Virus record (IMG/VR): IMGVR_UViG_3300045988_175963
From: a virus
Direction: 5' to 3' (one strand)
Length of the DNA stretch: 45,479 nt
Under the pieces are notes generated by a model. That model did no database searches and was not told the DNA's origin. It saw only the letters and a program-made list of their open reading frames with translations. Below are positions 17,515-25,356 of this stretch, one piece after another; position 1 is the first letter of the stretch, and every line of letters begins with the position of its first letter. The position numbers and the translations under genes are program-made.

Positions 17515-17760
17515 GGAATTTTCACGGAATATCCGTGGAAAATCATGGAAAATATGCGGAAAATCATTCCATTTCTTTCCATTTCATTCCACAACCTCTT
17601 TCGGATGCCCCGTTTTTCGCGGTCGTTTTCGGTCGTTTTCGGTCGTTTTCAGTCGTTTTTGCGGTCATTCCTGGAGAAAATCGGAGAATTTCGGAGAAAA
17701 ATGGAGAATATCGGGGAAATCTTTCCGTTTTCATTCCTTTTCTTTCCTTTTCGTTCCTCA
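17515..17760. repeat. About 250-bp field of 10-11-bp phased GGAA/TTCC-type repeats in blocks of alternating orientation
   Basis: GGAA at 17515, 17526, 17537, 17547, 17558. TTCC at 17567, 17577, 17587. GGTCGTTTTC x3 at 17621-17650 plus degenerate copies. GGAGAA at 17673, 17683, 17693, 17703 and GGGGAA at 17713. TTCC at 17723, 17734, 17744, 17754. Confidence 0.85.
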
Positions 17761-17848
17761 ACCCCTAGATTTTCTTCCCCAAATGTTAAAGATGAGTTAA
17801 ACATAATATTTTTATTATGTAATATTTGCGTATATCAAAATTATTATG

Positions 17849-17856
17849 TACCTTTG
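17849..17856 (+). promoter_or_regulatory. -7 box TAccTTTG
   Basis: 45 nt upstream of the ATG at 17901. Confidence 0.4.
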
Positions 17857-17900
17857 CAATCGAGTTAAGGAACATGTTTAATCAATTAAATTTTTAAGCT

Positions 17901-18059
17901 ATGCAAGAAGATTTAGAAAATGAAATCGAGAGAAAGAAAAAGGAAATCGAAGACTTTCTCCGAATCGTGAAATTCACTGGTCTTTCGCAGAAGGAAATCG
18001 AAAAGAGACTTGATTATCTCTTGGATGACCTTTCAAGACTGATGAAGAAAAGAAAGTAA
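17901..18059 (+). CDS. Hypothetical 52-aa coiled-coil protein (below the ORF-track cutoff)
   Basis: Hand translation: MQEDLENEIERKKKEIEDFLRIVKFTGLSQKEIEKRLDYLLDDLSRLMKKRK. Followed by the hairpin cccctcc ttcg ggagggg. Confidence 0.3.
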   Translation: MQEDLENEIERKKKEIEDFLRIVKFTGLSQKEIEKRLDYLLDDLSRLMKKRK

Positions 18060-18108
18060 AGTTCAACTTCCCCTCCTTCGGGAGGGGATTACAAAATATA
18101 ATATTGAT

Positions 18109-18510
18109 ATGGAAGATATTAAAATCTTATTGGAAGAATACAGGTCTCTTGCAGGTAATACCGATGCAAAGAGCGAGGAGCGAAAGAATGAAATTATCGC
18201 TAAGTTGGAAACTATGGATAAGGATGCTGTGGCTGAAGTGGCAAAACCATTCGTGGAGGAGAATGTAACTCGCCTGGAGAGCGAAGTGAAAGCTCTCCGC
18301 AGCCAGATGGATGCAGAGGACTATAAGCTGCTCCCTATCTCCTATATTGCCAAGAACTATTTCAACAAGAGCGCATCATGGCTTTTGCAGCGTCTTAACG
18401 GATATCAGGTGCGTGGAAAGATTTATACGCTCAACCAGGAGCAGAAAGGCATTTTTAACCAGGCTGTCAAGGAAATAAGCAATCGCATTAGCGCATTGCA
18501 GTTAGCATAG
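18109..18510 (+). CDS. Hypothetical protein with a C-terminal HTH-like domain paralogous to the HicB C-terminus (recalled as DUF5053-like)
   Basis: C-terminal YKLLPISYIAKNYFNKSASWLLQRLNG...ISNRISALQLA parallels YKMINVSAFARFVGINDTLMRQYRKG...LGNEFSRLQLV. The same terminator follows both genes. Confidence 0.5.
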   Translation: MEDIKILLEEYRSLAGNTDAKSEERKNEIIAKLETMDKDAVAEVAKPFVEENVTRLESEVKALRSQMDAEDYKLLPISYIAKNYFNKSASWLLQRLNGYQVRGKIYTLNQEQKGIFNQAVKEISNRISALQLA

Positions 18511-18535
18511 CTAACATGTTCAATAACTCAACTCA

Positions 18536-18570
18536 GTCCCCGACATGATCCCGTGCCGGGGACTTCTTAT
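18536..18570 (+). terminator. Terminator (paralogous to 16895-16930)
   Basis: gtccccgaca.g / cgtgccggggac stem followed by ttcttatt. Confidence 0.65.
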
Positions 18571-18603
18571 TGTTCACGTAGATTTAATAATAAAAATATA
18601 AAT

Positions 18604-18843
18604 ATGAAAAGCAAGATGCCTGATGATGATATGGATTATATGGATTGGTCCTATAAAATTTATCAAGGCAAAAAGAAAAAAGAGAGGGAAGCCAAGAGAA
18701 AGACTGAAAAGAGAGAGCGCAATAAATATTGGATGGAGGTCATTACGTTCCTGTTGATGGTGGTATCTGTCTTATACTCGTGCCTGGCTTCTACCATTAA
18801 GCAAGTATGGCAATGGCTATTGATGTTGTTAAAGCTTCAATGA
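18604..18843 (+). CDS. Hypothetical small tail-anchored membrane protein
   Basis: A K/E/R-rich region followed by WMEVITFLLMVVSVLYSCLASTIKQVWQWLLMLL. Paralogous C-terminus to 16956-17408. A hairpin at about 18850-18880 follows. Confidence 0.4.
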   Translation: MKSKMPDDDMDYMDWSYKIYQGKKKKEREAKRKTEKRERNKYWMEVITFLLMVVSVLYSCLASTIKQVWQWLLMLLKLQ

Positions 18844-19008
18844 CTACAAGCAGAAAAAGACGGTTATTGTCTCTTTCTGCTATTTCTAAACGCTCGTTTG
18901 CTATATCTAAGCGTTCATTGGTCTTATCGATAAGTTCAATAACCTTATGTAGGGTAAGTTTCTTATTTCTTTCCATACCTTAATATATATTATTTAGTTA
19001 ATCCGATG

Positions 19009-19016
19009 CAAATATA
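19009..19016 (-). promoter_or_regulatory. Minus-strand -7 box TAtaTTTG (second copy of the conserved block)
   Basis: Reverse complement of caaatata. The block from about 18972 to 19040 aligns with about 17468-17540. Confidence 0.4.
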
Positions 19017-19017
19017 C

Positions 19018-19072
19018 GGAATTTTATTGAATATCCGTGGAATTTTATTGAATATCCGTGGAATTTTATTGA
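19018..19072 (+). repeat. Tandem 21-bp repeat ggaattttattgaatatccgt x2.6
   Basis: Copies at 19018-19038 and 19039-19059, with a partial copy at 19060-19072. Confidence 0.85.
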
Positions 19073-19183
19073 AAAACAGAGAAAATCAGAGAAATTCATT
19101 CCTCAATACCCCGATTTTATGCTCTAAAACATATTTCCTGTAGATACTTTGTCAGAGAGGTTGAATGTCTGAAATATTATTGC

Positions 19184-19191
19184 TATTTTTG
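19184..19191 (+). promoter_or_regulatory. -7 box TAttTTTG
   Basis: 24 nt upstream of the ATG at 19215. Confidence 0.45.
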
Positions 19192-19214
19192 CACTTGATA
19201 TAAACAACAAACTT

Positions 19215-20069
19215 ATGGAAAAAGAAAATATAAATTTTGTTGCCATTGACTTTGAGACAATGACACCCGAGCTGACTAGCGCATGCGCAGTTGGTATGGT
19301 ACAAGTAGTAAATGGAGTAATCATGCAGAAGTTCTATAGCTTAATTAAGCCATATCCTGATGAGCGTACAGAGCGAAATACATTCGTGCATGGTATTACT
19401 GAAGAGATGGTGGAGAATGCACCAACTTGGGATATCGTTTTCCCAGTTCTGAGAAGCTTCGCTCAGAGTGGTTGCATAGTTTGCCATAATGAGGGTACTG
19501 AAGCTAATATACTTTCTAGGCTAGCTGAAGTTTACAACCTTGACATGCCAGGATATCAGATTATTGATACCATGCGATTATTACCTGGTAATAATTCGTT
19601 GAAGAAGATGTGTGAGTTAATGGGAATAGAGATGCACGACCATCATGACGCATTAGCAGATGCAACTGCCTGTGCTGAGATTATACTGAAGGGTGCAGGC
19701 ATTGATGTCACACATCATCATTATGAGAAGCCTGACTATAAGGCTCACGAGAGCCTGACTGGAGAAGTCAAACAGCCATTAGCTGATGAAGATGTTGCTA
19801 ACAAGGATAATCCGTTCTTCCACCAGAAGGTGGTTATCACTGGAGTATTTACGGCTTTTCCTAATAGAGGAAAGCTGGCTTTTAGACTTCGTGACTGCGG
19901 TGCTGACATCAATTCATCTATTTCGGCTAAGACTAATATCGTAGTTAAAGGTGAGGGAGCAGGCCCTTCCAAGATGGAAAAGATAAAAAAACTCAATGAG
20001 AAAGGAGCTAATATCAGAGTCATCGAGGAGAAAGAGATGGTGGAGATAGTAGAGAAATATGGTATATAA
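19215..20069 (+). CDS. DnaQ-like 3'-5' exonuclease fused to a BRCT-like C-terminal domain
   Basis: Exo I FVAIDFET, Exo II IVCHNEGTEANIL, Exo III HHDALADATACAEI. C-terminal KVVITGVF...GADINSSISAKTNIVVKGEGAGPSKMEK resembles BRCT. Confidence 0.8.
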   Translation: MEKENINFVAIDFETMTPELTSACAVGMVQVVNGVIMQKFYSLIKPYPDERTERNTFVHGITEEMVENAPTWDIVFPVLRSFAQSGCIVCHNEGTEANILSRLAEVYNLDMPGYQIIDTMRLLPGNNSLKKMCELMGIEMHDHHDALADATACAEIILKGAGIDVTHHHYEKPDYKAHESLTGEVKQPLADEDVANKDNPFFHQKVVITGVFTAFPNRGKLAFRLRDCGADINSSISAKTNIVVKGEGAGPSKMEKIKKLNEKGANIRVIEEKEMVEIVEKYGI

Positions 20070-20080
20070 ATAAAAAAAAT

Positions 20081-20113
20081 GAGCGAGGAATGAAAATTTC
20101 TCGCTTTTTTTTT
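20081..20113 (+). terminator. Rho-independent terminator
   Basis: gagcgag...ctcgct stem followed by T9. Confidence 0.65.
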
Positions 20114-20134
20114 GGCGGTTCCAAATATTCTTCT

Positions 20135-20142
20135 TACCTTTG
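20135..20142 (+). promoter_or_regulatory. -7 box TAccTTTG driving a short terminated transcript
   Basis: taccttg-type box at 20135-20142. No ORF lies before the terminator at 20191-20220. Confidence 0.4.
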
Positions 20143-20147
20143 CCAAC

Positions 20148-20220
20148 GGTTACAAGATGATAGTAGTCTATCCGGTAGGGCGACCGTTTCGCCTATGGCT
20201 TTTAGCCGCAGGCTTTTTTT
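20148..20220 (+). ncRNA. Candidate small RNA or attenuated leader (about 70 nt)
   Basis: The promoter box lies just upstream. The 5' 14-mer ggttacaagatgat recurs at 20380-20393 and as its complement at 20321-20334. Ends in the hairpin gcct..ggct ttt agcc..aggc plus T7 (20191-20220). Confidence 0.3.
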
Positions 20221-20398
20221 ATGCCTAGGAAAATCTTTTTTTCTAACTGGGAAAATAGATATGCCCAATACATGGCGGCTGTATGAACCGTAAGATTTGA
20301 TTTGTCCTCTCGGATAAGCCATCATCTTGTAACCAACGGGGAATGCAGCCGCCACCCTTTTGTAAAATCGGCTGTTAATGGTTACAAGATGATGCAAT

Positions 20399-20641
20399 AT
20401 GCAGAATTCAATTTTATTAAGTGATGCGCAGGTGAGACCTGCAGGCATCAGCGTAGAGGAGGGTATCAATACCCTCAAGTGTGAAATCAAGAAGCTCGCC
20501 AAGACCAAGAGTGAGACCTTCAGCTATATCTGCGAGGAGACCGTGACCTATGGAGAGGTTGTGCTCGCCATGGTTGGTTTCGCAGCTGTGATGGCGATGG
20601 TCATGATTGGTGGTTTCATTTTCGGAGGGGAGGTGGCATGA
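20399..20641 (+). CDS. Hypothetical small membrane protein
   Basis: 80 aa with a C-terminal hydrophobic segment VVLAMVGFAAVMAMVMIGGFIFGG. ATGA coupling to the next ORF. Confidence 0.45.
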   Translation: MQNSILLSDAQVRPAGISVEEGINTLKCEIKKLAKTKSETFSYICEETVTYGEVVLAMVGFAAVMAMVMIGGFIFGGEVA

Positions 20642-20940
20642 TGAAGAAAAGTAGAAACCGCAGAAGATGCACAGCAAAGCTGATAACCAAGGACATCAGC
20701 AAGTGCAAATACTTCATAAATATTGGCAAAAAAATGAACGCCCATAAGGTGGAACTCAAATTTCAGAGAGAATACAATACAATGGGTTCTGTTGTTTTCA
20801 TCGATGATGCGTCACACAAGCAGACTATTATCCGATGGTATGATCATCGCTATTATGCTCTTAGGTATGGAGCTAAAGAGGTTGAGCCATACAATATGAC
20901 TTTGGCCAAGTGGAAAACCATCAACAACGATCAGGTATGA
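20638..20940 (+). CDS. Hypothetical protein
   Basis: 100-aa ORF, translationally coupled on both sides. Confidence 0.4.
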   Translation: MMKKSRNRRRCTAKLITKDISKCKYFINIGKKMNAHKVELKFQREYNTMGSVVFIDDASHKQTIIRWYDHRYYALRYGAKEVEPYNMTLAKWKTINNDQV

Positions 20941-21272
20941 AAAAAAATAAGAAGAAAGTCAAGAGAGACGTTCTCTTGCTATATTTTAGACGTCGTCGCA
21001 TCCGCGATGCGCTCATGAAACGCTACTGGGAGCTTGAGACTAAACGCAAGGAACTGTACAAACTGGTGGAGTACGCCAAGATTCAGTCACGATACTGCGT
21101 CAGTCTGGACTGCCACCGAATAGTCGGCAGATACCTCAGAGAACTGGAGCGTGAGGAAATCCGCGTCTGCAGACTTCAGGTCAAATACGACCTATGGGCT
21201 TCCCGTCTGAGTTACTGGGTAGACCTCTATGAGTCGGCATTGTACCGACAGCACCCAGATGACGGTATTTAA
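20937..21272 (+). CDS. Hypothetical basic protein
   Basis: The ATG at 20937 overlaps the upstream stop (ATGA). Confidence 0.4.
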   Translation: MKKNKKKVKRDVLLLYFRRRRIRDALMKRYWELETKRKELYKLVEYAKIQSRYCVSLDCHRIVGRYLRELEREEIRVCRLQVKYDLWASRLSYWVDLYESALYRQHPDDGI

Positions 21273-21299
21273 GCTTAACCCTTTAAAAAATTAACGATT

Positions 21300-21596
21300 A
21301 TGCCAAGAAATAAAGATAATTTCAACAGCGAGCAGTTTGAGCAGGACCTGCTCGACGCTTACTTCCACTTCCGCAGCTGCCTCCCTGTGAAGGATGAAGA
21401 AACCGGTCTTGATTACAAGAAGAGCTTCAAGACCACCCAGGACATCGCCACGGAACTTGATGACATGGGCGGTGTCAGTATAGAAACCATCAACCAGTAT
21501 CTGCAGGAGCATGGCTACTATGTAGCCACGCAGCCAGACGGAACCGTGGCATGGGCTTTATGGGAGAGAGTTGTCAGGCCAGATAAACTGGTTTAA
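21300..21596 (+). CDS. Hypothetical protein
   Basis: 98-aa ORF. Confidence 0.45.
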   Translation: MPRNKDNFNSEQFEQDLLDAYFHFRSCLPVKDEETGLDYKKSFKTTQDIATELDDMGGVSIETINQYLQEHGYYVATQPDGTVAWALWERVVRPDKLV

Positions 21597-21649
21597 GTTA
21601 AAAACTCATATATTTTATTATACTACCATGTGTTATGAATAATTTTTCG

Positions 21650-21657
21650 TACCTTTG
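21650..21657 (+). promoter_or_regulatory. -7 box TAccTTTG flanked by the inverted repeat aatttttcgt/acgaaaaatt
   Basis: Box at 21650-21657, with arms at 21641-21650 and 21661-21670. Confidence 0.4.
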
Positions 21658-21696
21658 CAGCACGAAAAATTTTACAAAGTTTTGAAAAGCTTTGAT

Positions 21697-21740
21697 ACGG
21701 CTGACCGCCCGTGAGGGTAGTCAGCCGTATTTTTATTTTT
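21697..21740 (+). terminator. Strong terminator about 40 nt downstream of the 21650 promoter and just upstream of late operon 2
   Basis: acggctgac / gtcagccgt stem followed by atttttattttt. Confidence 0.65.
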
Positions 21741-21750
21741 ATCCTCTATG

Positions 21751-21776
21751 TATTATCTTTGCATCAAAAAAGATAA
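21751..21776 (+). promoter_or_regulatory. Late promoter copy 2 (26-bp block identical to 7049-7074)
   Basis: tattatctttgcatcaaaaaagataa, with the ATG at 21780. Confidence 0.55.
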
Positions 21777-21779
21777 TAT

Positions 21780-22844
21780 ATGACCATCACATCACTTCCG
21801 TCGGGCAGTTTCTTCCTTGAGAACATCCCCGACATCGATATTCTCACGGCCAAGACGCGCCTGCTCGTCACCATCAAGATAGGTGACGACATCATCTACG
21901 ATGAGTATCTCTATCCTGCCGATGGAGAGGTCAGAGTGATTGACCTTGCCGACATCTTCCGTCCTTATGCACGCCGGAGGCTGGCAGTCACAGCCACCAT
22001 CAACATCGCCGAGCAACAGGTTCCGGACTCCGGAGACACCGACTCGGAAACAGTCACCGATACGCAGACAGCCAAACTGCAGGTCTACTATTCTACCGTA
22101 GACATCGTGGGCGTGGACTGCTCTACATTCCTCACCACCCACTTCCTCACCCTGCTCGAGGGACACAAGACCACCTACATGGGGCGACTTGAGTATCTCC
22201 ACTACATGGGCAAGGAAGCGGCACAAGTCACCGCACACTATTCCGACAAAACCACAAAACTGTTTACCGCACCAGCCACCGGCGGCAACGACATCTATAC
22301 CACCATCGACGTCTCTCCGTCACGATTCGAGGCAGAGGGTACCGACCTTCTCTACTACGTGGTAGAGGCAGGCTCACGCTCCATGACCTTCATCATAGAC
22401 AGCGAGGAGCGTGATGTGGCGCCTACACTGCTCTTTACCAACAGCTTCGGCTGCCAGGAACTCATCTACTGCACAGGCAAGCACGAAGTAGACCCGCAGT
22501 ACACCCGCGATGCAGCCTACATGGGCGGCATCAGGGTAAACTACCGCATCACAGAGCAGCGCACCTTCAACGCCGATACTGGCTATCTGGGCACAGACAT
22601 GGCAAACTGGGCAGATGATCTCTTCCGCTCAGACGAGGTCTATCTGGTCAACTTCATCGGCGGGGTAGCCAAGGTGGGCAAGCGTGTCACTCTCTCTGAC
22701 TCAAAGTCCAAGCGCGACAACCTGCGCGACAGCGTGCCACGCTTCACCTTCAGCTACACCTACGCCCAGCGTCAGCACAATGTGCTAGACCTGCAGCGAG
22801 CCGGCCGTATCTTCGACAACACCTTTGACAACACCTTCAACTGA
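21780..22844 (+). CDS. Hypothetical virion-module protein
   Basis: 354 aa. First gene behind late promoter copy 2. Confidence 0.5.
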   Translation: MTITSLPSGSFFLENIPDIDILTAKTRLLVTIKIGDDIIYDEYLYPADGEVRVIDLADIFRPYARRRLAVTATINIAEQQVPDSGDTDSETVTDTQTAKLQVYYSTVDIVGVDCSTFLTTHFLTLLEGHKTTYMGRLEYLHYMGKEAAQVTAHYSDKTTKLFTAPATGGNDIYTTIDVSPSRFEAEGTDLLYYVVEAGSRSMTFIIDSEERDVAPTLLFTNSFGCQELIYCTGKHEVDPQYTRDAAYMGGIRVNYRITEQRTFNADTGYLGTDMANWADDLFRSDEVYLVNFIGGVAKVGKRVTLSDSKSKRDNLRDSVPRFTFSYTYAQRQHNVLDLQRAGRIFDNTFDNTFN

Positions 22845-23092
22845 TGAGACGCACGGCTTACCACCTCACAGAGGTGCTGCGCCTCCTTGCCAAGGCAGAG
22901 CGAGACCGCTCTACCATTAACCTGAAGGCGTGGACATCAGACGGCGAGACCGTCGACTATACAGGATGGCTGGTCAGGGGCAGCAGCTGGCGTGGCGGAT
23001 TCCACCGCCTCGTCAATCCGGCAAATGCCGAGGTTCGCACCGTTCCGGACATCTACATTCACCAGTTCCTGGGCTTACCAGTATATTTATGA
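22844..23092 (+). CDS. Hypothetical protein
   Basis: 82 aa, coupled to its neighbours. Confidence 0.4.
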   Translation: MRRTAYHLTEVLRLLAKAERDRSTINLKAWTSDGETVDYTGWLVRGSSWRGGFHRLVNPANAEVRTVPDIYIHQFLGLPVYL

Positions 23093-23093
23093 C

Positions 23094-24557
23094 ATGAAAC
23101 AGAAAAAATATCAGCTTCAGCAAGTAGGAGCCAGCGGTTCCTACAGCCGCTACGCCCTCGTGGCAGAGGGTGTGAGCAGGGTTACAGACTCCACCACCAT
23201 CGAGCAGCAGTATGGGCGGGATACCAGTTTTCTGGGTTCCGGAGAGGTGGGCGATGCCACCACGGGCATCTTGGAGACTTCAGACGGCAAGCTCTTCGAG
23301 TATGTGAACTATGGCGATGACAACGACATGCCATACACCCTGCAGCAGTTGCTGCGCCGCAACATGGTGGCGCAGCGAGCCATGGCTTTCAACGTTCAAT
23401 GCTGCTACGGCCAGGGCGTGCGCTTCATGGACCGGGAGACCAAGCAGGACACTACCGACAGCGAGATACGCGACTTCTGCCTGAAGAACTCCATCCACGA
23501 GGTCTTCATGCAGCAGGCAACAGACATGAAGTTCTTCTTCTGGTCGGTAGAGGTCATCATCCTGAGCCGTGACCACTCCAAGATAGTCAACATCCGACAC
23601 AAGGACGTTTCCTATTGCCGACTGGAGGTACCAAATGAGAAAGGGCGCATAGAGCATGTCTTCTTCGGCGACTTCCGCAACGTCATGTCGCCTGTCCACA
23701 CCGAAGTCATCCCGCTCCTCGACCTCTACGACCCGCTGGGCGACCTCATGGCGCGCATGGGCAAGGCTCCGGATCCATATACCGGCATCAGGGGCAAGGC
23801 TCCTGAGATGGGCAAGGACTGCAAGTTTGCCATCATTTCACGCATTCCGACACCCGGACTGCAGTACTATCCGATACCATACTATGCCAGCATCTTCGAC
23901 GATGCCTGGTACGACATCTACCGTCTCATCGGCATCGGCAAGCGCTACATGATCAAGAACACCTCCGCTCCTCGCATCCAGATAGAGGTGCACCGCGACT
24001 ACTGGGAGGAACTCTGCAACAACGAAGACATCATCGACCCGGATAAGCGCAAGGAGCGCATCCTGCAGGAGAAGGACAACATCATCAACTTCGTCTGCGG
24101 ACCGGAAAATGCCGGCAAGGCGCTCATCACGGGCTACTACTTCGACCCAAACGGCAAGGAGCAGCGCATGGTGCGCATCATCAACCTCTCCGAGGGCAGC
24201 AAGAAGGAGGGTGGCGACTGGGCAGACGACATGAGCGAGGCATCCAACGCTCTCTGCTTCTCGCTGGGCGTGCATCCAAACCTCATCGGAGCCACACCAG
24301 GCAAGAGCCAGATGAACAACTCCGGCTCAGACAAGCGAGAGCTCTTCATACTCAAGCAGTCGCTCGAGAAGGCTTGCCACGACATCATGTGCAAGCCTTA
24401 TCACGTCATCTCCCACTACAATGGCTATGCCGACCGTGGAGTAACCGTAGACGTGCCGATGATAGAACTCACGACACTAGACAAAAATAAGGACCAACAG
24501 ACATCAATAGTTTCAAACAATAATGGCAAAAATGAAGATTCAAATCAGCAAGGATGA
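23094..24557 (+). CDS. Putative portal protein
   Basis: 487 aa from the ATG at 23094. Size and overall character are portal-like. No HMM was run. Confidence 0.55.
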   Translation: MKQKKYQLQQVGASGSYSRYALVAEGVSRVTDSTTIEQQYGRDTSFLGSGEVGDATTGILETSDGKLFEYVNYGDDNDMPYTLQQLLRRNMVAQRAMAFNVQCCYGQGVRFMDRETKQDTTDSEIRDFCLKNSIHEVFMQQATDMKFFFWSVEVIILSRDHSKIVNIRHKDVSYCRLEVPNEKGRIEHVFFGDFRNVMSPVHTEVIPLLDLYDPLGDLMARMGKAPDPYTGIRGKAPEMGKDCKFAIISRIPTPGLQYYPIPYYASIFDDAWYDIYRLIGIGKRYMIKNTSAPRIQIEVHRDYWEELCNNEDIIDPDKRKERILQEKDNIINFVCGPENAGKALITGYYFDPNGKEQRMVRIINLSEGSKKEGGDWADDMSEASNALCFSLGVHPNLIGATPGKSQMNNSGSDKRELFILKQSLEKACHDIMCKPYHVISHYNGYADRGVTVDVPMIELTTLDKNKDQQTSIVSNNNGKNEDSNQQG

Positions 24558-25356
24558 CTTCGAGCAGAGCATCCTCGTAGCGACAAGCTCGCACTCTGAG
24601 GTGTTCGAGTCTGTGAGACCTCATTTCTATGAGGCATACAACAATATTCAGAAGCGCTTCCTCGGGTACGTGGGCGAGGAAGCACTGGAGACGAGTGAGC
24701 GGCTATCGGCTGCAGTAGTCAAGGCAGTGTGCCTGACTGCATTCCTCGGCAACGTTCGCCATCTCGACCTGGTACTCACTCCGACAGGCTTCGGAGTAGT
24801 TGCCAACAACGAGGTCTCTCCTGCATCATCTGCGAGAGTAGAGGCGCTGATAGAGCAGTGTATGGTCGCTTGCTTGAAGGCGGAGGGCGAAATGATTACC
24901 TTGTTGTCTGCAACAGAAGGGTGGGGAAGCAGCCTGCAGGCTAAAATGAGCATACCGCTTCTGGTCTTCAGCATCGAGCAGTATGCCTTCCAGGTGAAGC
25001 AGGAGCTATCATCCAAGCAGTGGAAGGATAAACTGTCAGCACTCTACGAAGCTGATGGGGTGATGCGAAGGGTCATATCTGACGAGCAGATGGATGATCT
25101 GCTAGAGATGGAGCGGGGAGCCAAGGACAAGGATGACACCGCTGTAGAAATCATCTTCAAGGTGCGCAGATGCATGATCTTCCTGGCTGAGGGTTTGCTG
25201 ACAGCCTATTCCAACGAGCGTGCGAGACTGCTCAGATACTTTGATGCAAATCTCGATAAATTCCCGTTATATGCGAATTCATCGGCATATAAGGCTAATC
25301 ATTTCAAAGAATTTCAGAATGAAAAATCAAAACCTGCCTTCGTTTTTAATTCATAA
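24523..25356 (+). CDS. Hypothetical virion-module protein
   Basis: 277-aa ORF overlapping the portal gene end. Confidence 0.5.
   Translation: MAKMKIQISKDDFEQSILVATSSHSEVFESVRPHFYEAYNNIQKRFLGYVGEEALETSERLSAAVVKAVCLTAFLGNVRHLDLVLTPTGFGVVANNEVSPASSARVEALIEQCMVACLKAEGEMITLLSATEGWGSSLQAKMSIPLLVFSIEQYAFQVKQELSSKQWKDKLSALYEADGVMRRVISDEQMDDLLEMERGAKDKDDTAVEIIFKVRRCMIFLAEGLLTAYSNERARLLRYFDANLDKFPLYANSSAYKANHFKEFQNEKSKPAFVFNS

Noticed and set aside
17503-17868. ORFs 17503-17868, 17535-17768 (+) and 17564-17761 (-) inside the phased repeat field
   Set aside because: The translations are just the 10-bp repeats read in frame (FRSFSVVFGRF and similar). All three overlapping frames on both strands are open, which indicates repeat artefacts rather than genes.
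17314-18976. Small minus-strand ORFs 17314-17472 (52 aa) and 18797-18976 (59 aa), found by hand translation
   Set aside because: They are not called as CDS. They run through the hairpins that follow the + strand ORFs, and the two peptides are not clearly similar to each other. The conserved element is the promoter block, so an antisense RNA is at least as likely. They are kept as part of the duplicated-module finding.
19018-19072. Tandem repeats (also 17621-17660) considered as a CRISPR array
   Set aside because: The repeats are directly adjacent with no unique spacers. The units are only 10-21 bp long, and no cas genes are present.
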